A stretch of 64,000 bases of DNA from Laetmonice hystrix (lineage: Eukaryota), in NCBI GenBank assembly GCA_965235115.1, contig OZ249436.1, positions 50,470,001-50,534,000 of the forward strand. Direction: 5' to 3'. Shown here in pieces: positions 10,668-23,943 of this stretch. Numbering within the stretch: position 1 is the first letter of the stretch; every line of letters starts with the position of its first letter. Made by a program: the position numbers and the translations under genes. The notes beneath the pieces were generated by a model that saw only the letters and a list, made by a program, of their open reading frames with translations, did not search any database and was not told the origin of the DNA.

Positions 10668-11403
10668 ATGTATACGTGGTTGGCGGAATACGTGTACCAA
10701 TATCATTATGTATACGTGGTTGGCGGAATACGTGTACCAATATCATCATGTATACGTGGTTGGCGGAATACGTGTACCAATATCATACGTGGTTAGCGGA
10801 ATACGTGTACCAATATCATCATGTATACGTGGTTGGCGGAATACGTGTACCAATATCATCATCTATACGTGGTTGGCGGAATACGTGTACCAATATCATC
10901 ATACGTGGTTGGCGGAATACGTGTACCAATATCATACGTGGTTGGCGGAATACGTGTACCAATATCATCATACGTGGTTGGCGGAATACGTGTACCAATA
11001 TCATCATGTATACGTGGTTGGCGGAATACGTGTACCAATATCATTATGTATACGTGGTTGGCGGAATACGTGTACCAATATCATTATGTATACGTGGTTG
11101 GCGGAATACGTGTACCAATATCATCATGTATACGTGGTTGGCGGAATACGTGTACCAATATCATTATGTATGCGTGGTTGGCGGAATACGTGTACCAATA
11201 TCATCATGTATACGTGGTTGGCGGAATACGTGTACCAATATCATCATGTATACGTGGTTGGCGGAATACGTGTACCAATGTCATCATGTATACGTGGTTG
11301 GCGGAATACGTGTACCAATATCATTATGTATACGTGGTTGGCGGAATACGTGTACCAATATCATTATGTATACGTGGTTGGCGGAATACGTGTACCAATA
11401 TCA
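10668..11403. repeat. 40-bp minisatellite (ATGTATACGTGGTTGGCGGAATACGTGTACCAATATCATY)n, ~19 units with some shorter variants
   Basis: Visible tandem array. A degenerate unit also lies left of the retroelement, at ~6900-6932. Confidence 0.97.
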
Positions 11404-12451
11404 GAGATCAGAAGGCTGGCAGCACGAACCGTTTCGTTTTGAATTATTCACGGGTCACGTCTCGTTCGCCTACTTGGCGACGCCCGGGGGCATTCTAATC
11501 TCAGGATGTCAGCACCGTTAGTGCTCCTTGCCACCCTTTGTACCCGAGCAAATACCCTGGCAACCGGAAACCAGTGTTCACAGAGACCGGAAGTCCCGCG
11601 AAAAGAGCTCCTCATTGGTTAGCCGCGTGATCACGTGCGTCGCTGCGTCTGCGACAGTTGTTTGAAGATGAAAACATCAGTGTATGTCTACAGGTTCATC
11701 CTCGATCTTGTAATTTTCCTGCTTCAGTTTTGGTTCAGTTTTGGTCTATAATATTTCTGTAAAGGATTTATAATACAGGCACAGTACCTCAAAGAGAACA
11801 TTTGGAAACGTAGCGATAAATCATCATGTTTGAACACTTCCGTATTGATGTGACAGGACATACAGGAAGCAATATGTTGACTTCCAACAAGTCTATAACC
11901 CTTCTAAATTTATTGGTTTATATACCCTGTGTATTATGTGCGAGCTTTTCTGCACATGGAAGCAGCCTATGGTTTGCCATTACCTGATGTAATGATGATA
12001 AAAGTGTCGTGTGAATAATCGTACATACGACTCGCATTACAAGTAGTATTGTTCAGGTATATGGACGAAACTTTAAAACCTTACGACTCTCCACCACCAG
12101 GCTTGCCATGAAGCCCGTGCTTGTCCATCTATAGAGCTGATTATATATTTTAGAGCGCCATGCCATACACCTGTTACTTAAAGCTATTACATCAGCTTGA
12201 CTTCAGGCAGAACCTATGTCAGGTACCTTTTAGTACTGTATGTATCGACACTTGAATGGGTTACAGCCACCGCTTCAATGCCTGAAATGGCAGAACTTCC
12301 GTTCAAATCGTGCTAAAATATATGGTTTTGTGCAATAGGATCTCCCCAATCATTCAAACAGTTTTGTTGAGATTTGATACTTATAATGCCATATTGTATA
12401 TATGGACGTCTAATCCATTATATGAAATCGTTGATGTCAATAGTCTTGAAT

Positions 12452-14391
12452 GTTGTTGTGTCATTTAGGTAAACAGCCACTAAGGGTATATACCAAGCGT
12501 CTTTGTCTGGGTTATATCGTTCTTGTGTCACTTAGGTAAACAGCCATTAAGGGTATATACCAAGCGTCTTTGTCTGGGTTATATCGTTCTTGTGTCACTT
12601 AGGTAAACAGCCATTAAGGGTATATACCAAGCGTCTTTGTCTGGGTTATATCGTTCTTGTGTCACTTAGTTAGGTAAACAGCCATTAAGGGTATATACCA
12701 AGCGTCTTTGTCTGGGTTATATCGTTCTTGTGTCACTTAGTTAGGTAAACAGCCATTAAGGGTATATACCAAGCGTCTTTGTCTGGGTTATATCGTTCTT
12801 GTGTCACTTAGGTAAACAGCCATTAAGGGTATATACCAAGCGTCTTTGTCTGGGTTATATCGTTCTTGTGTCACTTAGTTAGGTAAACAGCCATTAAGGG
12901 TATATACCAAGCGTCTTTGTCTGGGTTATATCGTTCTTGTGTCACTTAGTTAGGTAAACAGCCATTAAGGGTATATACCAAGTGTCTTTGTCTGGGTTAT
13001 ATCGTTCTTGTGTCACTTAGTTAGGTAAACAGCCATTAAGGGTATATACCAAGCGTCTTTGTCTGGGTTATATCGTTCTTGTGTCACTTAGTTAGGTAAA
13101 CAGCCATTAAGGGTATATACCAAGCGTCTTTGTCTGGGTTATATCGTTCTTGTGTCACTTAGTTAGGTAAACAGCCATTAAGGGTATATACCAAGCGTCT
13201 TTGTCTGGGTTATATCGTTCTTGTGTCACTTAGTTAGGTAAACAGCCATTAAGGGTATATACCAAGCGTCTTTGTCTGGGTTATATCGTTCTTGTGTCAC
13301 TTAGGTAAACAGCCATTAAGGGTATATACCAAGCGTCTTTGTCTGGGTTATATCGTTCTTGTGTCACTTAGTTAGGTAAACAGCCATTAAGGGTATATAC
13401 CAAGCGTCTTTGTCTGGGTTATATCGTTCTTGTGTCACTTAGTTAGGTAAACAGCCATTAAGGGTATATACCAAGCGTCTTTGTCTGGGTTATATCGTTC
13501 TTGTGTCACTTAGGTAAACAGCCATTAAGGGTATATACCAAGCGTCTTTGTCTGGGTTATATCGTTCTTGTGTCACTTAGGTAAACAGCCATTAAGGGTA
13601 TATACCAAGCGTCTTTGTCTGGGTTATATCGTTCTTGTGTCACTTAGGTAAACAGCCATTAAGGGTATATACCAAGCGTCTTTGTCTGGGTTATATCGTT
13701 CTTGTGTCACTTAGGTAAACAGCCATTAAGGGTATATACCAAGCGTCTTTGTCTGGGTTATATCGTTCTTGTGTCACTTAGGTAAACAGCCATTAAGGGT
13801 ATATACCAAGCGTCTTTGTCTGGGTTATATCGTTCTTGTGTCACTTAGTTAGGTAAACAGCCATTAAGGGTATATACCAAGCGTCTTTGTCTGGGTTATA
13901 TCGTTCTTGTGTCACTTAGGTAAACAGCCATTAAGGGTATATACCAAGCGTCTTTGTCTGGGTTATATCGTTCTTGTGTCACTTAGTTAGGTAAACAGCC
14001 ATTAAGGGTATATACCAAGCGTCTTTGTCTGGGTTATATCGTTCTTGTGTCACTTAGGTAAACAGCCATTAAGGGTATATACCAAGCGTCTTTGTCTGGG
14101 TTATATCGTTCTTGTGTCACTTAGGTAAACAGCCATTAAGGGTATATACCAAGCGTCTTTGTCTGGGTTATATCGTTCTTGTGTCACTTAGTTAGGTAAA
14201 CAGCCATTAAGGGTATATACCAAGCGTCTTTGTCTGGGTTATATCGTTCTTGTGTCACTTAGTTAGGTAAACAGCCACTAAGGGTATATACCAAGCGTCT
14301 TTGTCTGGGTTATATCGTTCTTGTGTCACTTAGTTAGGTAAACAGCCATTAAGGGTATATACCAAGCGTCTTTGTCTGGGTTATATCGTTC
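12452..14391. repeat. 67/71-bp tandem array, ~28 units
   Basis: Unit taggtaaacagccattaagggtatataccaagcgtctttgtctgggttatatcgttcttgtgtcact, with or without an extra tagt. Confidence 0.98.
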
Positions 14392-15312
14392 ATTATTTGA
14401 TTTCTCCTTTCGTCATTCTTCTTTAATTTTTAAAGAGAGAAAAGAACTATAGGAGTGGACGTCAATTCAAAGACCTCTAGACCAATCTCTTCAGGCAGAC
14501 CACTGCTGGTACATAGCCTCTAGCACCCTTGTTCACCGATCACAGTTAATGCGAGGCCCACTGCCGCAAGCCACTTGGAGAACTGATGGATTTACACGAC
14601 CACAGTCACCTGATTACTTATCGACCAAGCTCCAGGCCTTACACGTTCCACTATATCTGCTTATGTCAATAATCATAACGATACCGTATCAGCAGGTTTG
14701 TCCCCACAACTACAACATTCTCACAATCTACCCGATATTCTTTTCCTAATCTGGCTTTTGTTGTGTCCAGACAGGGAGTTTTTAATGACTCTTTGGGACC
14801 GTTCCTTGACGAAGTAGAAAGTTACTTTATCATAGATCGGAAAGAAGGAGAAATCTGATTTCATTTGCTGTATGCGTTAAACCTTGATTTTTCACCCTTC
14901 AAATGTTCTTTTGTAACTTCTGCGGGGAATTGATATTCAGGAAATGTACATTCAGATTGGAATGTAGGATACGAAATAAATGGTATTCCCTTTGTATGAC
15001 TGAAGGACAGAAACCTCCTGTGCATTGATATTACGGTCAGTCCATATTCATCTCGGCCCAGATACGTGCCATTCACCATTGATAGTGGTCTCTGCAGGGA
15101 CCTCCTACATAAAGCCACTGGACACCTATTGACATACCCTCACATTATGACAGCACGGGGAATCCCAGCGCAGGTCTGCGGGAGGTTATTTCAGATTGCG
15201 CATTCATATCTCATCTATAATATAATACCGTTTCTCCTTAACGTTGTCCCATTGCGCTGACATAGTCTCCACGGGTTGTCAGAGTAGTGCTTGAACGAGC
15301 TTAGCTTCATTG

Positions 15313-15552
15313 TTCACTTCATACTGATTAGGTCCAACATTTTTCACTTCATACTGATTAGGTCCAACATTTTTCACTTCATACTGATTAGGTCCAACAT
15401 TTTTCACTTCATACTGATTAGGTCCAACACTTTTCACTTCATACTGATTAGGTCCAACATTTTTCAATTCATACTGATTAGGTCCAACATTTTTCACTTC
15501 ATACTGATTAGGTCCAACATTTTTCACTTTACACCGATTAGGTCTAATATTT
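15313..15552. repeat. 30-bp minisatellite, ~8 units
   Basis: (ttcacttcatactgattaggtccaacattt)n. Confidence 0.95.
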
Positions 15553-15865
15553 CTGGAAAATCTCTGCCATCGTTTTTCTGGTTTATGTCAGTCTCGGATG
15601 TCAGTACCTACTTCCGGTCCAGGGGTCACTCTCAACATCCAGCAGCCAATGCTCCACTTTGAGGAGTAGATCAAATGTGAATGTCACTACATGTCAATGT
15701 GAATGTCACTACATGTCAATGTTAATGTCACTACATGACACCACTGCATGGTGGAGATCAAACTTCAGTTATCATCGAACTGTTTCCGAAAACACTGCTG
15801 GTGTTAAATATAACACTTCCGGCAGGTTTAATTAATACCAGTTTGGGGGTCAGTTCGGATCATCA

Positions 15866-16170
15866 CGACCCTCAGCGGCCCTCAGCGACCCTCAGCAGCC
15901 CTCACCGACCCTCAGCGGCCCTCAGCAGCCCTCACCGACCCTCAGCGGCCCTCAGCGACCCTCAGCAGCCCTCACCGACCCTCAGCGGCCCTCAGCAGCC
16001 CTCACCGACCCTCACCGACCATCAGCGACTCTCAGCGGCCCTCAGCGGCCCTCAGCAGCCCTCAGCGACCCTCAGCGGCCCTCAGCAGCCCTCAGCGGCC
16101 CTCAGCAGCACTCACCGACCCTCAGCGATCCTCACCGACCCTCAGCGACTCTCAGCGACCCTCAGCGGCC
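15866..16170. repeat. 10-bp degenerate tandem repeat (CCCTCAGCGR / CCCTCACCGA)n
   Basis: Visible array, which explains ORF 15735-16190. Confidence 0.93.
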
Positions 16171-16351
16171 GTGCCAGCAGTGGGTCGTGACAAGTTCCTA
16201 TCTGCGAGTTGTTCGCGGCCGTTGAGTACATAAGCGGCCCGTTTGCAAGTTTCAGTTTCCGGTTTGCTCGCAGCTGATTGGTCAATTTACCGGAAATCTA
16301 GGAAGAGGTACAGTGTTTCAAAGCACAGGGAATGGCCGTGACGAAGAAGAC

Positions 16352-16904
16352 TATATCAGTTGGATAAAAAAAACCGCCCCGAACTTTAAACTTCAATATT
16401 TCAAAAAGTAATGATTGTAATTCAATGCAAATTTTCTTACTATCACTTCATGATGCTCTTAGTTGTTAATGTTACAAGTCAATAGCTTGGATAATATTTC
16501 CTTAGCGCTAAAAACAAAAATCATTGTACAAAAGCGCAATGCCGGGCTAAAGCGAGTTGTATCCCATTATTGGGAAATACGCAGCGTTCTGAACGTGAAT
16601 AGCACATAATTTATTATATCTAGTGGTTCACAACATTATACATATTGTAAAACATGCAAAAACTAAATATTGAAAACTTTTTTTACCCAAGGTACAATGC
16701 GGTGCCTCAAACATGTGTCAAATTAAACATGAATTTTGTTTTTACCGCCATGGGATTAATATCAAAGCTATTAAGTTGAAACTTTAACATACAAGAGATA
16801 ATATCATAAAGTGATATTAAGAGAAATTTTATTGAATTATAATGCAAAGTTATTGAAATATTAAAGTTTGAAGTTCGGGGCGTTTTATTTATCCATCCGA
16901 TATA
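16352..16904. mobile_element. AT-rich MITE with long (~150-bp) diverged TIRs and TA-rich ends (Tc1/mariner-like)
   Basis: tatatcagttggataaaaaaaaaccgccccgaactttaaacttcaatatttcaa... pairs with ...ttgaaatattaaagtttgaagttcggggcgttttatttatccatccgatata. Confidence 0.75.
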
Positions 16905-17935
16905 TTATCTGGTGTGATCGGCCATAGGCTAACTTGTCCGAATCATTGTATCCGTATGATTGTTGTTTGCCGGTGTTGATCATGTAAGATCCAGTGTTAG
17001 GTTCACTCATTTATCATTAATACCTGTTGACCAAGACGCATTTGGAATTTTGGAATCCGCTTACGAAATGGAGCACGGGGGATGGTGCTACTACCACGCC
17101 ACCCTGCGACGAACGAATGCCAGGCAGACTCGAAGCAAGAGAGTCGGGTGGCACAGACTGGTTGGGTGGGGGTGGGGGTGGGGGGGGGGTGAGTGACTTC
17201 GGCGCTGTTATCAGCATGGTCTTGCACGGCACCTTACCCAGGGGCGGATTATGAGATTTTGGAAAGGGGAGGGGGGGGGGTCTGAGTGGTGAACTAGCAG
17301 GGTCTTCACCGCAGGTGCGCTGCGCGGAGTGCCCCCCCCCCTTTCTATTTTTTTTTCAATGTAAAGCACACGCCCCTTCGATCCGCCCCTGTTGTCTGCG
17401 ATATGTCCCCTTTGACGCCTCATTCAGAAGTCCTCCCCATAGAGGCAAAGAATGCTCGGAAACAATAATTAGCATCAGATCATCAAGGGACCAGTGATTA
17501 TGCTGACGGTAAGGTGTGGTCACTCTGGGCTGTCCTGTTCCAACACCTGGACTGGTCAATCTCACGCCGATTACTGGCGTGGACAGAGGGCAGAATGACT
17601 GGCCAGGTAAACGGCCGAGGTAGTGATGAGGGTCATGGTGGGTGTTTTGAAGGCCCTCTGAGACATGTCCGCAACATTGGCTGCTGGAAAGGTGACAGAA
17701 ATACGCGAGTGTACTCAGTGACACGGTTGACTCTCCACGCTTCTCACAGGGTTTAAAAGTAGAATCACATTTTTTACTTGTTAATAAATTATAGATTTTG
17801 CCGACTCAATAAATCATGCATCTCTTGAACTGTTGAAATATCATGAACGGCATTTATTTGCCTGCCATAATATATAGGCCTATCGCATGCACGAAATGGT
17901 TCACAGATTATAACTAAGGAAATAGCTCTCCCTAA

Positions 17936-18681
17936 AGGTACGTTCACACTTGCGGCGCGACGCGGTGCGGTGAGGTGCGGCAAAAAGTAACCACGCGGTT
18001 CTTCAAAATTTGTACTGTTCACACATAGGGCGGCGCGGCACGGCGCGGCGCAGTGCGATGGGTAGAAATTTCAGGAAATGACGTACTGAAGGACACCAGT
18101 CGTACTCAGGTGTCCTTCAGACCTCAAAGATAATGGACGTCTTGCTGCATGACAGCCACCTTGACGAAGAAGAGGAAGAAGAATATTTCTTGTACATGAT
18201 AGCTAGATATCGTGGATTGAAAAGACCCAGAAGATGGTGGGTGCATCCCATTAACCAAAGACGGAAAATGTATGGGGCATTCAATTCATTTGTGCCTGAG
18301 TTAAAGATGCATGTTGATCGCTACAGGCAATATCTACGCCTCCATGCTGAACAGTTTGCCGATGTACTGGGTTATGTTGCTCCTGTTATAACCAAAAAAG
18401 ATACATCATGGAGAAATGCCATCAGGGCAGAGGAGCGACTCAAAGTAAATGACGTCACAAGGGGGTATTCCTTCCGGAATCCTCACGCGGCAAGCGAACC
18501 AACGCGGAAAAATACTGCAGGAGAGTTCGTGGGCGGTGAGAATCGCTCGCCGCGTCATACCGCGTCCTGCCGCACCGCACCGCATGTCTGAACACGTTCA
18601 TTACTTAACATTGGGAGCGTTTAGGGGCGGTTAAAACCGCGCCGCGCCGCGCCGCACCGCGCCGCAAGTGTGAACAGGCCT
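17936..18681 (+). mobile_element. Internally deleted Harbinger/PIF transposon, TAA TSD
   Basis: taa|aggtacgttcacacttgcggcgcg ... cgcgccgcaagtgtgaacaggcct|taa. It has GC-rich subterminal gcggc repeats and carries a transposase N-terminus. Confidence 0.88.
18133..18441 (+). pseudogene. N-terminal fragment of a Harbinger (HARBI1/ALP1-like) transposase
   Basis: RRWWVHPINQRR..G.F...VPEL...YRQYLRL..EQF..VL..VAPVITKKDT.WR.AI.AEERL matches the conserved Harbinger transposase N-terminus. It stops before the expected TLR.LATG and DDE core. Confidence 0.8.
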
Positions 18682-21600
18682 TAACCCTATCTAGTTGTGT
18701 TTCTGTTTGTGGCAGTAACTCTGGATCAAAAGACTGGATACTCCAAAAGGTCAGATCAATCTAGAAAACACACTTTGACTCGATTATCTCTCAAAATACA
18801 TTCTCTTCTCTCTTCCTTCACGTTATTTGATTTGAAGACTACCAAATAAATAAACCTGAGCGCGACCGCTTTGTGTGAGTCCGAAATGGAAGACGCCAGC
18901 CTATAGAATGGGTTTTCCAGAATTAGAGACATACATCTGGTATATAAACGTCAAGTTGTCGATGGTAAATCAGTATTAGAGCTGAGTACTAATATCTCCA
19001 CAAATATCATAGGAAGACGGCGAATACGGCTGTTAAAGCTCCGGCAAAGATAGTCTAAGCATTGCAATGACGGGTATTCGCAAATCCAGTTATCGGTCGG
19101 CCATTGAAGTATACGAGAGAGGATTACGATAGCCCCAGACAGGGAATCGGATCCTGACAAACAACTTCACAATGAATACTGCTTACAGCAGACCATGGCC
19201 CTCCTGGTCCATCCGTACCCTGTCCCTTCACCTGCCCACTACACTAGTCTACAGGAAGCGATGGGAAGCGGCGGCCGCCATAACCATTCTCGGAGCCGCT
19301 TCAGCCCAAAACTAGCCTCGATCACCAGACCCCCCCCCCTAGATGCCGCTCGTGGCTAGAAAAAAATGGTCTGAACACAAACGCCTATCTAGGTAATATG
19401 GCGACCGCGATAGAAAACGATCATCGGCGCTGATTGGACGAGCGCGGCATTGTGACCTAGAAACCTCGACCTTACTCTGGCCCTCTGCTCTAAATGCCAG
19501 CTCCGCGAAGCGAGAGAGTCAGGGAACCCACATCCAAATATGGGAAGTCAGGTCAGGGTGCTGACATCTGGTGGCATCAGCCCGCAGATGTTTTTGTGTC
19601 CAGTCCGTATCCAGCTTGCGGATAGGATGGACTGGTGGTCGAGTCCAGTCCAAAACAAACCTGACGCGCATGCGCGCGGTGTAAGTCTAGGTATCACGTC
19701 AGTAAACACATGCCACGTGCCTTCGGTGGGCAGGCCCTTTGAGACAAGCAGTGGTGAAAAGTTTTCTGAATCTCGTAGAAATCGCTGTTTATATACGTCT
19801 CTACGGTAGTGCCAATAGTTTTTAATGTGTCTAAACTATCTAGAAACAATACTCTTTGGAGAAGCCATTTTTGTGGGTTTAGAACTAATGAGCCCCTTTA
19901 AGGAACTGAAAGGGGCCTTATATTGAATGGCGGTGGTGTACCCGATATATTATGACTGTGGTTGGAACGATGCCATAGGAAGGCTGCGGCCATAGATGGT
20001 GAAACCATCGCGCCCTCTGTACGGGTACACAGGTGTGCATGGTGGTGGATGCATGCCTTAATACACAGATGTGCTCTCCACGCGTGCACACGGCCCGTTG
20101 CTTTCCAGTCAGCGCTTTACGTTCACGAAGAAAACGTTTGGCAGTGATGCCATGTGAGATCCGTGCCCAGTGGAACAGTCACACTGGCTCACATACTTGT
20201 ATTATGGCATGGATATAGCACAGATTGCCATGCTTGACGATGCTTCTCAGGTCTGGCACATTACCACAAAACGAACTCGTTGCGTTGACATCAGGTAGGA
20301 TATTTTATTGGTGGGTACAAGGTATATATGTTCTCATGGTCGATAGCGGATGCTACCCGGCAGTATGCATGTAGAGGCGCGTGAATGCGAGCACAGACGT
20401 ATCATGGGTACAGGCATGGCATAGATGAAACCCCGAGCTATCACTCCAGTACAGGCGCGCGACTGGACAAAGACAAGGCGATCGTATCTCTAAGTGCTTT
20501 CTCTGATGCGGGGCTCACACTGAGGCACCATCCCTTGGAGCATTACGGAGAAAAAAGGCGGATACCTGATATTCTCCAGGTTGATCATGAAGAGCGTGGA
20601 GGACACACCGGCTGCCTGGAGGTACGCGATGGAGACTCGAGAGACAGGTGAATGTAGGAAAAATCCGCGACACGCATGCAGAGAGACGCCCGAGTGCTCG
20701 ATCGACAACTTTCAATAATCACAACACAAGGTAAGGGCCGCCAGATGGAGTAACGCAATGAATATACAGGATTTCCAGGGGACTGAACACTGGAGTAGTT
20801 ACACGTACTGGAGTGACGTTGTTTACGTTGGGCACAGGCCGTGAACGGCGCGGGCATGGCGGGTCTAGGGCTCACGTCACGACCATACACACTGTGGTGT
20901 GACAACAGCAGACGTTCTTGCCGGACGGATGGCTGGACGAACAGTCGGACTGTCTGAACGACAGCTATATATGACGTACCGGAACCTCAGTAAGGTGAAG
21001 TGACCAGCACGTGCATGTATATATAGGTTGGTCCATATTTTAGCGGGGCTCTGCATGCAGAAGCCACACTTGCCTGCGTGTGAGCCCCTTCCGGGCATGA
21101 ACTGGGAGACGGCCTGCTTGGAGGTCAGCCAAAGGGAAGTCGGCAGGAACAGAGCGCCTTGTACAGTGCAGTGTCTAGTCAGTGGCCCGGGGATCGATCA
21201 GGCTTAAATGAAGGCTTGCGAACTGATTATTGATTATGGAACATCATATAACCTTTTGGCCTCCAGCACGTTAACACACATGAACCGATGGTCGTGGCGA
21301 TGGGCGTTATATCTCTATGTGCTATTATGCAAAATCGCCATGAAATTATCAACAGAAGAGGTCAATCTAGCTGCGACAATGCAGGAGCAAACATATAGGT
21401 GTGCCTTTAATAGAGTTTGACTGGGCCTGCTCTGTGTGTGATCCCGAGAAATGTGCCACCCTCCAAGAGATGCCAACACAATCGGGCCATAATCTCTTTT
21501 AATTTAACCTTCCGATAGATTGAGTGAACTGATATGAATATTTGATAAGCACATAAGTCTCAGGAGGAGTATGCACAGCGGAAACCAATGTATTACGGAC

Positions 21601-23830
21601 CCTTGTCGATGTGCCTTTGGGAATTTCAGCTGCACCCTCTGGATTGAATGTATAATCCCTGTATGCCTCCCGCAATAACTAAATAACCCAACTAGGCATT
21701 GCACGGTCTGGTGTCAGCAACGAATCGAAGATTTGCAGCGGTGAGTCAGTGCGCCAGTGAATAGGCATAAGGCACGCGGCTGCTGTAACCTTCTGGGAAC
21801 TAGCCACATGTGGATCTTTACAATGTTTTACCGTTCTATCAAGGATCTACGCTAAAGCTGGCGCCAACTAAATCACTGTCGTTTGTTGGATAACAACACA
21901 TCAAATTTAGTATAACTCTTGCTCTTACAAACTCGCTCGTGATGGATGAGCTTGCAGTGCACCCGTTGGCTGCTGCTGCTGCAGGAGGTCAATGGATATA
22001 GCTGCGTCCTCTACCAAGTTGTGAAGCCACATGCAAGCATATAGAGACATCCCCGGCCTGGCCCTCACTGAGCTATTCAAACCGGCCTGTCTGTCCTGGC
22101 CTGGAGTGGGTGGCCGGGAGATGATTACAATAGCGAAGGATGCTATACTGGTTCTTATTCTCACAACTCGCCCATATCCGGGCTGGGAGTCGGAAGCTGG
22201 GTGTGGAGCTTGCACTGGGCCCAGGACCGGTTAACATGTGTGGTAGTTTCACTGGTATATGTCTGACGTGATATATACGGAAACTTGGAGTTCATGTACA
22301 ACTGTGGCACTGGCCTTATTGCATTCAGGGCGTTTCATTGATCGATCTTTGTAACAATGGCAAATATGGATGATTATGAGATCGAACTGGCCCAGGAAGT
22401 ACAGGTAGGTTTATCTTGTCATTGAATTCTTTGAAATGTATAACCATCACCGATTTCACCGAATGAAAACTGTCGTTGTAGACTTGATTAACCATGAATC
22501 GTTCATAACATTGGAGTGTATTTATTCTGTAAATTATAATGCCATCTATGTCTGTAATCCAACCGCTTCTTTCCACGTGCCTCTATAGTAATGTCTTTGT
22601 TATGACAATCAGTATCAATACATGTAGCAGCAATGACCGAATTGACAGACCACAGACCAATATGACTAATGGCCTTCAGTATCCCAGTCCACCCTATTCT
22701 GTTACTTTGTAACAATTCCCACCGACCGTGTGTCAGTTTAAAAACATGGTTTTTGCCGATAGGAATATAAAATGGGAGACTCGTTCTCCTGCCAATGGTT
22801 ACCGAGGAGACCAATATAGACGCGCTCAAAGCTCATTCTTCACCTTATAGACAGCTTGAGCAATTATATTTTAAGGATTAGCCCGGATGAGAGCCCTGGG
22901 GCCTGACGGTACAATCGATGGGGAGCAGGTCGCTGTGGGGGACTCAGCACAAAGTTCATTTCTCTGATGAATGCGAGAACAGCAATGGACCCAAAGTGAT
23001 GAATGACAGTTACTCTACTAGTTCCAAGGGGAACAGATACAGTTCTGTAACTTATACGGAACAAACTCTCGATCGTGCGTGGTTTCTAAATATCTGACCA
23101 CGGTTTTAACGTTTGTCCATGTGACCGGTGTGCCCACAGAAGTATTTCATTACATATTGCCACAGTTGCCGTTTGTGCAGCTGTACCGGGACTACTGTAC
23201 CGGGACCACGAAATTGCTGCTGCAATTGTACCGGGGGAGAGTCGGAGGATCATGACTTGCCTGAAATTGTTCGCGATGGTGGCGGTGTGTCCGATAACTA
23301 GTTTCCTCAGGCTGGTACCCTGCCTCTGACTCCTCTCGGAGATAGAGGCACGTACATAGAGCCTCGCTTCTGATTGGCGCACGCCAATGCCAACTATTTT
23401 GAGCATGGCACATGTCACTCCAAATAGGATTACCCCGAAGGTCTGATTAAATTGACGACTTATTTCTATTTCACCTGATATGGGTATTTTATCTTCTTAC
23501 TGTTATGACAGTGCTCATTGTTAAATTGATTCGGATACTGTATAAACGACAGATAACGAAGAGACTCGCCGATGCCCATCTCGGGCAGCTGTCGCCAAAC
23601 ATTTGGGAATCCCCACTTCCGGTATTTGACGTCACGACTCTAACGGGCAGAATTCTGCCCGTTTTGCTTTTTCTGTATGCCTGCTTCTATTTCCAATGAG
23701 AGGCAGGGAACCAGCCATGCAGCAGCTTCCTGCGACTATACGACAGCCCTGAATGGTTATATCGCTAACATAACGGTAGAACTTGACAGACGCAGTGTTC
23801 CCGCCTGAAATTTACTTCAGGGGGTATACC

Positions 23831-23943
23831 CAATGGCGTATCCGGGAGAGGGGGGGGGGGTCCAAGTATCCTGGACCCCCCCCCCCCCCCGACCAATGCT
23901 TTGGAACACCCCCCCCCCCTCCTCAATCCTAGATACGCCACTG
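23831..23943. mobile_element. Short G/C-tract MITE (CAATGGCGTATC...GATACGCCACTG)
   Basis: Inverted termini with tatac(c) on both flanks. Confidence 0.6.

Noticed and set aside
10668..11521. Overlapping ORFs and a CRISPR-like look of the 40-bp array
   Set aside because: Head-to-tail repeats with no unique spacers and no cas genes. The ORFs are repeat artefacts.
11586..11640. Cluster of ETS (ccggaagt), CCAAT and E-box motifs suggesting a promoter
   Set aside because: Short motifs that recur in TE-derived DNA across the window, with no associated gene
14861..15012. Possible minus-strand terminal exon after a ttctgtccttcag acceptor
   Set aside because: The translation is unrecognisable and no partner exons were found
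19960..22240. GC-richer region that might be a decayed retroelement or exon cluster
   Set aside because: No recognisable protein motif, terminal repeats or consistent splice signals in any frame
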